A program made the translations under genes and the position numbers. DNA of 61,981 bases, filler included. It is 13 parts of 13 records of this genome, joined end to end, with 100 filler letters (N's around TTAATTAATTAA, not from the genome) between each part and the next. Parts side by side here need not be neighbours in the genome. Positions count along the whole stretch, not along the records: positions 45,683 to 50,358 come from SRR7504441_27595; positions 50,459 to 55,591 come from SRR7504441_27646; positions 55,692 to 58,853 come from SRR7504441_27654; positions 58,954 to 61,981 come from SRR7504441_27675; 9 more parts are not named here. The stretch is one strand, 5' to 3'. The notes under the pieces are model-generated. The model had not been told where the DNA came from and did not search any database. It saw only the letters and a program-made list of their open reading frames with translations. Shown here one piece after another: positions 48,048 through 59,961 of this stretch. Position 1 is the first letter of the stretch. Each line of letters begins with the position of its first letter.

Positions 48048-49904
48048 ATGGTCGGATTGGTCGCAGGGAGAGTGTGCGTTGCGCTCGGCGTAGCAGCGCT
48101 GTTGGCCGACTGCGCCGGGGCCGGGCGGGCCGAGGCGCCAGTGTGGCTCTTCGTCGACCCGGGAGTGGTGCCGGAGCGGCCGACGGGGTCTCAGGCGGTG
48201 CCCGGGCCGGTGAGCAAGGCGGCGGGCAACCCGCTGCTGGTCGAAGACCGGATCTGGGACGTCCGTTGGGACAACACGTACATCACCGCCCGATGGGACC
48301 CCGGGCTCCAACGGACGCGGCTCTGGTGGAACTCGCAGCTCACCTGCAAGGGCGACGGCACCACGGTCATCTCGCCGCACGACCAGTGCGGGCACCCCTC
48401 GTGGCACGCCGACCCCTCGTTTACCGGATTCTGGCCGCAGCAGGACGCGCTCAAAGGCGGGCTGCTCTACGCGGAGGCTGGACGGGAGGGGCTCGAGTTT
48501 ATCAAGCCGGAGTTGGGGATAATACCGGGGTATGCGTACAGCATGGCCCAGAAGCGGAATGTGATGGTGAGTAACCTGACCAACATCCTGCTCCAGGCGT
48601 ATGCCGACCCTAACCGGGGCGTGATCTACGACGCGCATGAGACAAACAAATCTCGCCGGTACAAAGCTTTCGGCAGCTTCTGGAATGATGAGAGGAGCGC
48701 CCCGGGCGATTGTGCCAGGCCTGATAGTGCAGTGGACGGTGATGTCTGGCCGGGCTGTGTCAACATCGGTGTGGCGTACAGTCCCGACGGGATTCACTTT
48801 GACCATGCGCTCGACGAGTCGGCGTTTCGGCCGGGCAACCAGCCGGGCACCCGGCAGATCGGACAGGACGATGGAGCGCTTGACCTTGCTGTGTGGGATG
48901 AAGACCTGGGCTCTTACTGGGGACTGGTGCGCGTGGACGTCAAAGGGTTCTCGATGGGCGGGAAGAAAAACGACCCCTGCTCCGACCACGGGGGCACGGT
49001 GATGCTCCAAGGTTAGGGTCAGGGTTAGCCAGGGGTGGCAAGGTGATACCGCCCAATAATTGCTCAAACGGACGAAGGACTGGTCGTTTCACCACTAAAG
49101 ACTTTGTGACATTCACGCACGCAGTTCAAGTGTTTAACGGTGGGTCCACGCCAGCCAGCAGGCACCGCTGAAGCTCGGGCAGGCACCGCTGACTATGAAA
49201 TCTATACCTTGCAGCCGTTTCGGCTGCCCTCGTACCGGGCGGGTTACTACCTAGCCACGGGGATGTTCTTTGAGGCTCACGAGGAGCAGGAGATCGTCGA
49301 ATGCGAATTGCTCCAGTCTACAGATTTCGGTGTCTCGTGGTCCCAAATAGCCCCGAGGGTGCCATTCATCCCACGAGGCAACGCCACCATCCGGCCTGAC
49401 GGGACTACAGACCCAGCCGGGAATGCATTCGACTCGCACACGATCTACACTGCCTGGACAGGCGACCAACTCCCGTTCCTGGATCCAACCGACCCCAGCA
49501 AGACCCGGTTCTATTACTCTGGCGGTAACGGACCGCACTCGGGTCAGCGGGACGATAGTATTGGGCTGGCATACGCCACGACACACGCCTACGCGGGGCT
49601 TAGGGTTCCGGGTGGTAGCACCATCATCTCTGCGCCGCTGAGAGTCGAAACTAAGCCGCGCGTGCTGTGGTTGCTCGCTGAGATCAAGGGCGGCTCGGTC
49701 ACAGTGGCTTTGGGCAGCCAGCAGCAAGGGCAAGCTGGGAGGTTCGAGTTAGTGGGGCATGTGAACCGAACAACAGGGCTGGAGCGGGTGCACCTCGACT
49801 TGACTCACCTGGCTCACCTTTTTGCCGCGCTCCCGGTGCTCCACTTGCAAGTCCGGTTTGGTTCGACCGGGTCCGTCGACCATTATGCATTTGGGCTCGA
49901 GTGA
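48048..49904 (+). CDS. Secreted beta-propeller glycosidase-like protein (bacterial-type, clan GH-J-like)
   Basis: Signal peptide; NPLL.ED..W, YAE..EG..F.KPELG, RRYKAF, AYSPDGIHF, STDFGVSW, FYYSGGNGPH, IGLA; two mini-introns. Confidence 0.6.
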
Positions 49905-49920
49905 TCAATGCATGCATTTG

Positions 49921-49971
49921 AAAATGACCATATGCGCTGTCCCCTCGTCAAAAAAAAAAATGACCATATGC
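49921..49971 (+). mobile_element. Micro retro-insertion: 14 nt + poly(A) between 15-bp target-site duplications
   Basis: AAAATGACCATATGC-gctgtcccctcgtc-A-run-(AAAA)TGACCATATGC. Confidence 0.6.
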
Positions 49972-50009
49972 ATGTCATTGTAATCCCTGTCTGTACATAC
50001 ATGATTGTA

Positions 50010-50306
50010 GTCACTTTTAAGTCACTCCGATTGTGCTGACCAGTAAATGGGGTAGCTTGGGGTGAAATATTAGAAATAATTGAAGAAACCTCTTCCGCTT
50101 GACCAACCAGTTAATACTGCATTACCTGACTGTAAGTAGAATAAGTAGCCATTATAGTTCTTTCCTAAAAACTAAGGGTTTCAGTTAGTTTGCCACTGAT
50201 TCAAAAACGCATCCATTGCATCATCCTGAGAACCAGTTTGTTGCAATCTTTCTAGCTTTTTCGCATCGGAGGCACGTTTGATTTCAGCACCAGGCCGGGT
50301 GGCCAT
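50010..50306 (-). pseudogene. Decayed bacteriophage fragment: scaffold C-terminus, SD-like RBS, major capsid protein N-terminus (DUF5309/SU10-type)
   Basis: ..AEIKRASDAKKLERLQQTGSQDDAMDAFLNQWQTN* (stop 50181), AGGA at 50163-50166, ATG 50152 MATYSTYSQ[18-nt insert]VGQAEEVSSIISNISPQATPFT; AT-rich, prokaryotic operon layout. Confidence 0.72.
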
Positions 50307-50732
50307 GGTTGATCGGTGGGGTTGCAGCTTTAATGCGAATAATGCTAGATCCTAACTANNNNNNNNNNNNNNNNNNNNNNNNNNNNNNNNNNNNNNNNNN
50401 NNTTAATTAATTAANNNNNNNNNNNNNNNNNNNNNNNNNNNNNNNNNNNNNNNNNNNNCTGGACGGCCCTGCCCAAAGCCTCGTCCACTGACCGGACCGT
50501 GCGGCCGCGAGCACTGCGGCGGGCTAGCGGCGGGCCTCCCACAGCTGCCGCCACAGTGACTCACCGTGTGCGAACTGCGAAGCGGTTCGCCCTACCGGTA
50601 CTTGTACACGTAGATTGAAGCGCGCCTGAAAATCCCAGTGTGTTCGTGAGTGCCGCGCGAGAAGTGCTGCAAGCTGCTGTCAGACTGAGCCCTGCCGAGT
50701 CACCGACCACTCGGACAGCGCGGACCGTGGGC

Positions 50733-52171
50733 ATGTCCTCCAGCGCCGGGCTGGCGTTTAGGCCGGGCCAAGTGATCGTGCTCGAGGACGGCCAGGAGGC
50801 CCCCTCGCCCGCCGCCCGCCCAGGTGCTCCCGCCCCGCCGGAGGCCTGACCAGCCGGCAGCCGGGGCGGCCCGGGGCGGCTGTGACTCGTGCAGCAGCGC
50901 GGACGGGCGGTACTGCTGCCCGGGGTGCCAGCCAGCTCGCCGGGCCGCCCGACGGTGGGCAGCTGCGGCCGGCGGTCGTGCAGTCTGGAGTGCGTGAGGC
51001 GGCACAAGGAGCAGCACAAGTGCACTGGCAAGCGCGGCCGGACGGAGTTCGTGGCGATTGACAAGTTTGACGACTCGCTGCTGCTCCGCGACTACAGATT
51101 CCTCGAGGAGGCGCCCGGCCGGCCACAGCGCCCCCCGATGGGCCGGTCAGGTCAGCCGCGAGGAGGAAGTATCCCGGAAGGCGGTGGCGGCCGATCGGGT
51201 GGCCAGCCGGTGCAAGCAGCTGCAGAAGCAGGCCGCCCAGCGCGGGGTCAAGCTGATGATCATGCCCTCCTCCTTCTCGAGGCGCCGGCTAAACAGCACC
51301 TCATACAGCCGGAAGACTGGCCAGCTGCTCTGGCGCGTGGAGTGGCTGTTCCCAAACGCGGGGGTGATCAAGGTGGGTGCCTGCTCGGCCGGCTGGACCG
51401 CGTTGCAGGTATCGGCCCAGCTGCCCGAGAGCACAGTGCTGCTCACCGCGCTCGAAGGTGCGGCTGGCCTTTGTCTGGCTGAGCCGCTCTAGGCATGCTA
51501 GAGGACCGGCCCGGCAACAGCGCGCTCCGCTGCCAGCTCCGGCCATACTTGGAGCAGGGGCTCGGCTCGCTCGGGTTTCTGCTCCGGGCGGAGGCGGCCC
51601 AGGGCAGTGCGGCCCAGCGGTGCTTCCAAGTGCTCGACCCGAAGCTTGCACTGGCCGATGCTCTCAAAGACAAAGTGGCCGGCTGGGCTAGCTGGCGGCT
51701 GAATAGCCCGGCCAGGTGGTGATAGAGTTTCCGTCGATCGTGATCATGCTGGCGTCCGAGGCCGCCGCGCTGGTGACCAGCCAACTGGCTTTCTCGGGCC
51801 GAGCGGTTGGGATTTAGGATGAGAGCAACGTGACCGGCCAGCTGCAGCCAGCAGATGAGCCCGAACCGAGCTGCGCCGAGCCGTGCGGTGAACCCGACCG
51901 AGCCCCGGACCAGACTGAAGGTGCAGCTGGCCGTCTGTCTGCCAGCGCCACTGGCAGTCGATTTGATGCTGTGCTTGTTGGAGCTAACTATTTTACTATA
52001 CGCACGGCTACTGTCCTGCAGTGCATACATTAATACTGCAGTGTCAGATCAATCCACTGACCCGTTTGTGTGGTTGCAGATTGTGAGCTCAACACGATTG
52101 ATGATACTACTGAAATCGACATCCTAAATGCGCTAGAAGAGGATTTGATCCGTTTACCATCGTCATGTTGA
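50733..52171 (+). CDS. ZNHIT6: Box C/D snoRNP assembly factor ZNHIT6/BCD1
   Basis: zf-HIT CDSC....RYCCPG/C..RSCSLECVRRHK...C.GKR.RT.FV, LLRDYRFLEE, MPSSFSRRRLNST, LWRVEWLF, LKDK/VVIEFP; last exon inferred. Confidence 0.92.
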
Positions 52172-52420
52172 GCATGGTATTCAAAACGGTTGACCGACTA
52201 GCGTTCGTCGAGTTAGCTCGTTATTGATTATTTGAAATCAGCATTGAAATGACGGTATTTTTATTTTTATGATACATTATGTGTAGGCAGCTCCACTCCG
52301 GATCGTGATTGTTTTCAGGATTGCAGCTTGGACCAGAACTATAGTAGAACTATAGCGACTACAGGACTGATTGTAGCACGAGTTGTGTATGTACAAGGAC
52401 GAGCCAACATCCACGCGCCC

Positions 52421-55400
52421 TCAAAAGGTATTTTTCTTGAGCTCCTCAACAAGATTTATCTTCTTTCGGTTGCGACCGAGCTCCTCCTTGGTCATGCCAG
52501 CATGGATGCACCGACGCACCAAAGATTCTTTCTCCTCTCTTTCCACTTTGCAATGATCCTGCAACTTGTGTACTTCGCGCCTAGAACCCAACAACTGTTA
52601 AGCAGGGGGAAGGGGCGAGCAGAACAATTTGACAACACACTATATCAATGAAATCTTGTCAAGGCTTCTTACTTGTAGGTCTTTAAATCCGTGTAGAGCA
52701 GCCTCAGGCCAAGCAAAGTGGCGACAATGACTGCGATGAGGATCCACTGATTGGTGACATACTTCAAAATTTCCTGCAGAGTTGAAGAGCTCCGAACAAC
52801 GTCCCGAAAGGCATCGATGGGCGCAGTCAAGTTGACAAAGGGCCCGCACTGCTTGCTGTCTATCAAGAATTTTCCAGCTGGTACAGCCGAGATTGCGAGG
52901 GTCAGAAGCAGCAGGTACAAGAAGAACTTGTTGGAGTCTGAAGCGCCCCACGGCCTCTCAGGAGGCCGGTGAGTCCTCAGATATGTCGAGCGCTGGACCA
53001 TGAATATAACAATATTCATCACACATCCCCACAAGCAGAGGACGGGACAGACAATTGCACCGCACCAGACCATTGCTTGACGGTACATCAGATCGATCAC
53101 GTTGTTCCCAACTAGCTCGTGATCAAACACCTGGAGCTCCCCATAGTACTTGAGCTTGCCAACCGCCTCGACCACAACTTGAACTGAGGTGAGCAGCATG
53201 TCCATCGTCATGGTCTCGTAGAAGATCTTGGCCACCTGAGACCAGTTACCACAAAGACAAGTGACACAGCTTTAAAACAAAACCTCAGGTAAACCTGCTG
53301 ACTGCAAGCATAGCAAGCCGTCTTGGTACAGAGGAAAACAAATTGCGCGCACCTCTGTCTCGACACACGCATCTTCTTTGCCTTTCATGAAGTTGCCGTC
53401 TTCGACTTCTTTGTAGATCTGGATGCCACACATCAATCAGAGCAATAGGGCGGGCGCTCACCTCCCAAAACAGGACCATCAAGGTGAATATCTTGAAAAT
53501 ATAAACTCGGCCCACAGTGGTTTGTAAGATATCTGATCGAAACGGCTCAGCCAGGGAAGGAGGCCATTCAGCTACGGGGACCTGCGATGCTCTCCCGGCC
53601 TTCAAACAGGATCGCTTGAGTCATTATTATGGGCATGCCCTGCTTGACCATAACAAGCAGCAAAGGCACAGCAAACTCGAATTTGCTGTCCAGATAATCT
53701 GCGTTCTGGAAGATCTTGATAGTGCAAAACACAGAGAGGGCAAACACACCAAGCGTCACCACTGCTCCGAATGTCCTCCGGAGCACAATCACAAAGATCC
53801 TGAGAGTGTTGCCCTGCCTCGACTTTATTCTGGCAGCAGCTCTGTCTTCGGCAATGTTAATCCGCAGTTGTTGCGCACAGCCGTTGGTCAGGACTGACTG
53901 AGTGGACTGGTTGGTCACGCTAAAGTCCTGCTGGGACAGGAAGGTCTTGGTGTACAGCCCTGTGACCGAGCTGCCTGTCGACGCTAGCGATCGCTCAAGG
54001 AAAATACGATTGATGATGGTGACTAAGCTGATCGCAAACATTGCAGCAACAGCCAGCGCGTACGCTAGGGCCATGTCGTACTTGGCATCCAAGAATTCTG
54101 TCTGCGGCACATAGCCCCCGTAGAAGATCCAAGTATTCTCCAGCCCGTCCCCAAAAATCAAACTGCCTGCGTGCACCACAGAATCAGCCACAGTCGCAGT
54201 CTTGAGGCATCCACCCACCTGCAGTGATGTGCGCTTCGCGGTTCCGGCCATTGGATGTGTCCACAATGTCCGGAACTACAGTGAGCCCCACCCACACCAC
54301 CCCAAGCACCTGAGGTGCCAACAGTGAGCCTGGGAGCTATCGGCAGGCGAACCAGATTCAGCAGTATCATCCACCTCAAAAACCGAAAGTATGAGCCCAC
54401 CCCGGAACCGAAATTGCCCTCAATCTTTCGCACTGATCCGAGCAGCAGAGGGAAATCATTCAGCCAAGCATTTGCGCTAAAGTCCTTAAACCATAGCTTT
54501 AAGCTGCGCATGGCCTTCTGGCAGCATCCTCGCTTCTTGGCAGCCTCCCTGCGGCCACACTCAGCGGCCGACCATGCATAACCTCACATGGCTTGACGCT
54601 CGATCAAGGAATCTTGGAATTGCTGCCTTCGCTCTCGCAGCGAGGCCATGTTTGGAGTCAGAACATCGCTGTTACTCTTTTGGTCGGCAATATACCTATC
54701 ACCATTCAGCCAGAGCAGCCGGCGGCGGCTCACCTCTGGGCTATAATCACGGAGAGCGGGTCAAAGTCGGCGGGGGCCATCTCCCAGTCGCGCGATCCCA
54801 GCTCCCCCGCCTCCTCCTGCGCAAGACTCGGCCGCCCACCAGGAGCACAGACATACCCAGACGGCGGCTTGTTTGCACTTGCGCAGCGCAGCTTGCGGGT
54901 CCCAGGCCTGCCCGTCGGCCCAGGCCTGCGAGATCGCGTGCGAGGCCGCTTCCTGCAGCCGCCGGTCAGCCGTCGGCCGTTGGTCCGGCTGCCTGCTGCA
55001 GCGAGTACGGCGCGGGCGGCTGTTGATCCAGAACTGTGAAGTCGTCCAGCGCCTCGATCCGGCGCTTGAACCAAAAGTCAAAGTCGTGCACCGTCCAGCT
55101 CAGCGCGCACGAGCCGTCCGGGTTGGTCCCGACCGCCTCGAGCACGCGGTTGCACTCGAGGTCAATCCTCTCCACCTCCAGCACGAGCTTGAACCTGCCG
55201 GCCCGTCAACCCGCCCGCGCCAGCCGCACCAAGTGGCCGCGTTCACGGTCAGGTCCTTGAGCTCCTCCGGGTGGTTCAGCGTGCTGCTCTGGTCCAGATC
55301 GTACCTGCGGCCCGGCTCGCTCGGCCCGGCTCTCTCGGCGCCTCTCGAACAGCCGCTTGATGATCGCCAGCCGCTCATGGTCGCTGAAGTTGGTCTCGAT

Positions 55401-55591
55401 CCGCCGGAACGACGCCTTCTTCCGCTTCTGCCCACCGCTCTGCCGGGGGCGGGCCGGGGGGCACCCTGCCGGTGCCCATCATGCCCAGCCGCTTCAGCTC
55501 CCGGGCGGTCTTCCAGGTGCCATGCTGCGCCCGAGCTGCTTCCTGGCGGGCGGCGGGCGGCACCGGCTTGTGGAGCAGCTGCTGCTGCCCG
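52421..55591 (-). CDS. Transmembrane channel-like (TMC) protein, 5'-partial
   Basis: VRKIEGNFGSGVGSYFRFLRWMILLN, GLENTWIFYGGY, YDMALAY, NVIDLMYRQAMVWCG..CP, CGPF. Confidence 0.9.
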
Positions 55592-55691
55592 NNNNNNNNN
55601 NNNNNNNNNNNNNNNNNNNNNNNNNNNNNNNNNNNTTAATTAATTAANNNNNNNNNNNNNNNNNNNNNNNNNNNNNNNNNNNNNNNNNNNN

Positions 55692-56530
55692 GCCCCGTAA
55701 CCTGTGGCTGAGAGCGGCCGGTGGCAGCGGTGGACGTGGCGTATCAGGCCCAGCAGTACGGCCGAGCGCTGCTAATGAGTGCTCGATCGCCCGAGAGCTC
55801 CACAGAACAGGTCGGGCCAGTGAGGACCGGTGCCGACCAGGGGGCAGTGCGGGGCGTGCCTCAGCCAGGCAGCTAAGGTGCTCAAGCAATCAATGATCGC
55901 CACAATCACCTGCCGCGGTCCCGACCATCCGCAGGTCGGTTATGCATGCCCGGGACGCTCTGACGGGTCGGGGATCAAGGTGGGGGTGGTCAAGTTTCAG
56001 CTTGGCGTGATCAAGCAGATGCGCGCGGTGGTCAAGAAGACCGGGCTAGTTCAGGTCACTGCACTGTACAGCAGTAATAGTTCAGCACAGTAGCTAAAGC
56101 CTAGCTAAAGCCGCCCCCTCACTCTGTAGCGCAGGCCATACTGGCCAAGAAGGAGATCCGGGCCTCGGCCGAGCACGTCGAGGCGTTCAAGGCAGTAGTG
56201 GACACAGTCGAGGCCGACGAGGCCGCAGCACTCGACAAGTTCAGACAAGAGGCGAGCAAGCTGCCCGAGCCTCCGGTGCGTGAGAGCAAGTCCAAGTTCC
56301 GGGCCCAGCTCTGGGAGGGTCGCCTGGGCCGGACCGAGCACAGCCAGCCGGTCTCGATCCAGCCAACAACTCCGATAGGCACGAGGCGCTGGCTAGTCGC
56401 AGGGGCTGGGCCGGTCCTACGGCCACCGCAGCCAGGGATGTTTGGTGGGGTGCCGGGCGGGTATCACGAGGGTTGTGCCTGGAGGTTGCCGCCACCGAGG
56501 ATGTTTTGATCACCTATGAAAGTTGTATAT
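55692..56530 (+). CDS. Hypothetical multi-exon gene, 5'-partial
   Basis: Mini-introns link coding-like exons (..CLSQAAKVLKQSMIATI..GPDHPQ/VGVVKFQLG..); family unknown, end uncertain. Confidence 0.4.
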
Positions 56531-56701
56531 ATGTATTAGCTTTGAGATTAGTCACACATCTTAGGGTCCCTAAATACACGTTGAAAGAATTGAAACATAC
56601 CAGGTACTTGTTACTTATTGCATTTAAAAATACATTAAAAATACATGTGCATTGGACATGGCAATTAATTTCTTAATTTGGTCTGAAGGAGGTGTTAGTC
56701 A

Positions 56702-58853
56702 TCAATTGAGGTCACAAGGTGTCTCAGGGTTTGGAGTCTTGTACCACCAATCGAAGTCTAGCTGAGGGCCGAGAGACGCAGGAATGGGTTCCCAATAAAT
56801 ACTGCCAGTATGCAGATATCCGACCAATGTGACAGTTTCATTTGCAGTGATCCCAACAGCAGCCGGAGCAAAGTTGGTGTGGTACCGTAGAAACTTATCC
56901 TTAGGAGACCTGACTCCACCTCCAACAGCGTCCCAAAGCCGGCTGTACGAGTCATACATTCTGAGCACAAATCTGTCACTTCCAGCGTACTTTACTGTTC
57001 CACCTCCTTTGATCTTGAAAGTTGCTTTACCCAATACAGCCGACCCACAGGGAATCGTCGCCAACTTGGGCGTGAAGCGCAGAACCTGCTGCCCCTTCGA
57101 AAGATCTCTCTCACAGCTGCACACGCCCCGGCAGAACGATCTCCTATCGTGACAACGCTTTTCAAGCTTTGCTGCTTTCCCGCCAGAAAGGTTCACAGTT
57201 TGGTATTTGACGCACCAGAGCTTTTGGATCTTAAGGTTTGTTGCCACAGGAAGCTTCATGTCGGATGTTGTCTCTGCGAATTTGATCTCAAATACGCCCA
57301 CCAAAGGAACGTCCTTATGAGCACTCTCCTGCGAATATACAGATTCCATATTATGTAACTGAACACTCGGGTCGCTGCAGGCGCGCGGGAGTTGAAACTG
57401 GTACCAGCCTCCCCAATCTCTTCCTGTCCCAGCTTTTTTCTTCCCGTCCCGATCAAAGTGGTAGCGATGCTTCCATTTTTTACCGCAATGGAATGTGAAA
57501 GTCGAAATTTGATGTTCGACTCGAAGCATGCGGTGCCGGTATATCCAAATAGCACCAATGACTTGCTTGTCGTTGCCTGCGTGCGAGTAGCTGATGGAGC
57601 CACCATGTGAGAATGTCGTGAGACTGTTTGGGTCGCCATCTTCAATATTGTCACAGTAGGCAGATGAAGGAATCGGTTTCAATGGTAACGCTTTATTGCA
57701 GACAGCCGCTCTTGTGCTCACGCCACATCCAGTCGCACCCCAAGCAGCAATGTCCTGACCACCAGATCGCCACATCTTCATACCACATTTGCCTCCAATG
57801 GACTGGGGTTTGGAGCTGGCCGTTGGGGCATTTTTGCCCTGTAAGAAAGCCTCAAATGTCGTAACTGACTTTATCCCCAGAGATGCAAAGGGTGCAGGCC
57901 GCATGTTGACAATTTTCCATCGAGCTGATGGTCCAGGGCAAGGCTTGTTAAACTTAAACTGTCGCCAGCCGCTTGAAAAGTGCCTGCAACTCTTGTCGTG
58001 AGTCCTTTTGCACTTGTCTGTCAAAGGATAGTTCAGGACAGTGACCCATCCTGACTTGTGCCAGCATTGAAGGTCAAAGAAGTAAGCTACTGAGGCATCA
58101 GTATATCCTGCACCAAACACAGCAATAATCAAGCACTGAGATTTGAACAATTTGGGCGTACCTGGGGTTCCCCCAACAGGAGCCCAAAACATGTGCAGTT
58201 TGTCAAATGTCATTGCCTGGGCATATAAGAACTCAAGAGAGCCTCCAAAGGGAGAGGATGCTGAGGTCTCAGTATCGCCGTCTGCAACAGCCTTGATTGA
58301 ATGCGTTGGTAATGTTGACCCACTGACAGCCAAGGCACGGGAGAATGTGTTGCCGCATGCAATGTTCATGCGCCGTTCGTTTAGTCTCAAATAAGCGCAT
58401 ACCTCCTCAACACATGCACGCTGAGGCTTCATGCCAGGAATGGCAAGAGGATTTGGAGAATATTCTCCCATCTGTCGTCCGACAATGATTGTTACTGAAT
58501 CTTTGGATATCCAATTAGGAAAAATGCGTGTACCCACGTTGAGCTGCGAAGGAACAGTCCCTGCCTTCTTCCATGGCGGTGCTAGCCCCCATATGCTTTT
58601 AACATTCTCACCTATGCCCCGAGTGCCGGGCAGCAAACCACAGTGAGGAGCCCTGAATTCGTCTGATCTGCAGGGAACTTTAGACGATTTGCAGGACTTG
58701 GGAGCCTTGACTTTGCAGCACAATCTGTACTTGCCTTGCTCCAGGTCCTTAGAAAATGCATACTTTGGGATAACCACAGTGAGCTGCTTGACAAATCTGT
58801 CGGTGCTTTCAGTTTGTAACAAGGCGATTTGGTTTGTTGCCAGTTCCTTGGCT
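56702..58853 (-). CDS. Cys-rich, probably extracellular protein with two discoidin/F5-8-like repeats, 5'-partial
   Basis: Intronless ORF >700 aa; internal repeats AVADGDTET...GGSLEF and NIEDGDPNS...GGSISY, each followed by GW.QF.....C. Confidence 0.55.
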
Positions 58854-58953
58854 NNNNNNNNNNNNNNNNNNNNNNNNNNNNNNNNNNNNNNNNNNNNTTA
58901 ATTAATTAANNNNNNNNNNNNNNNNNNNNNNNNNNNNNNNNNNNNNNNNNNNN

Positions 58954-59469
58954 CTTGCCGCCCTTGCCGCCCTTCCCTTTGCCCTGGGCCCTTGCCTCGC
59001 TAGCCTGCTTCTTCGCCCACCGGCAGTCCTTGCACCTGCAGCCAGCCTGGTCAGATCACCATTCAGCGTCCACCAGCGCACCGCTTGGGCTGACCGGTAA
59101 ACCCTTTCTCCTGATAGAAGTCCTGCGGCCGCCCGCTCAGGCGCTGGCTGGCAGGCCGGCTGAAACCTGCTCGGGAACCGTAAACAGGAACCCTTCGCCG
59201 CACTCGGTGCACTCCACGTCGATGTCCTGCTTCTCGCCCGCCTCTTCCTCCTCCTCCTCCTCCTCTTCATCCTCCTCTTCGTCACTCTCCTCCTCGGCAT
59301 CCTCGTCGGCCGAGCTGTCGTCGTCGGCTTCCACCGCCTCCTGGGCCTCCGCAGGCTGGTCAGCCTGCTCTGGCTCGGACTCCTGGTCCGCTGCAGCCAG
59401 GAGCTTTGGCTTCTTTGCCTCCGTCTCCGCCACGTCGTCGGTCACCCTGCGTTTCATCAGCCCCGGCAT
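58954..59469 (-). CDS. Acidic-tract protein with zinc ribbon (zf-trcl-like) and GKG-rich tail, 3'-partial
   Basis: DIDVECTECGEGFLFTVPEQ/DFYQEKGF/..RCKDCR matches the CxxC..F.F...EQ.FY..KG...RCxxCR ribbon. Confidence 0.8.
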
Positions 59470-59961
59470 GTATGCACTCTTCGTTCGTGTCCCGCCAAAT
59501 TTTCGCGCTCGTCCAACAGTCCGAAGGAGGCCGGGTGCACAGCTACTGGTAGCTGTCTGAGTACTTGGGGTTAGCGGTCAGGGGGGTGGGCTGGGCCGGG
59601 CGGGGCTGCCGACTACCGGCTGCCACGATAGGGTGCGAGAGGGGCTGGCGCCCGGGTGGGCTCGAGCTAGGTAACTGCCCCGCTGCCCCGGCCACCGCGC
59701 CGCTGATTTGAGTGTCAGGGTCGTATACTGTATACGTAGACTACGTACTACCTTGGCGACAAGCAGTCCAACTAAATGTTAACCCCGGCGCGCGGCGCAA
59801 AATCGGTCACATCGGGACCGCGAATCCCGGATCGGACCGGCTGCCGGCATTATGCACGTTTGAGGGGGGCTCGAGCGCGCGAAGTCCTGCAGCTGTCTCT
59901 CAGTGCTCAGTCCGCTCCCGCCAAATGTTCGCAACTCCCCGGACCCCGGACACCCGGACAC

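Noticed and set aside
4988-58953. Recurring TTAATTAATTAA between N-runs as a CRISPR-like or biological repeat
   Set aside because: Identical 100-nt synthetic linker with stops in all six frames; an assembly concatenation artefact.
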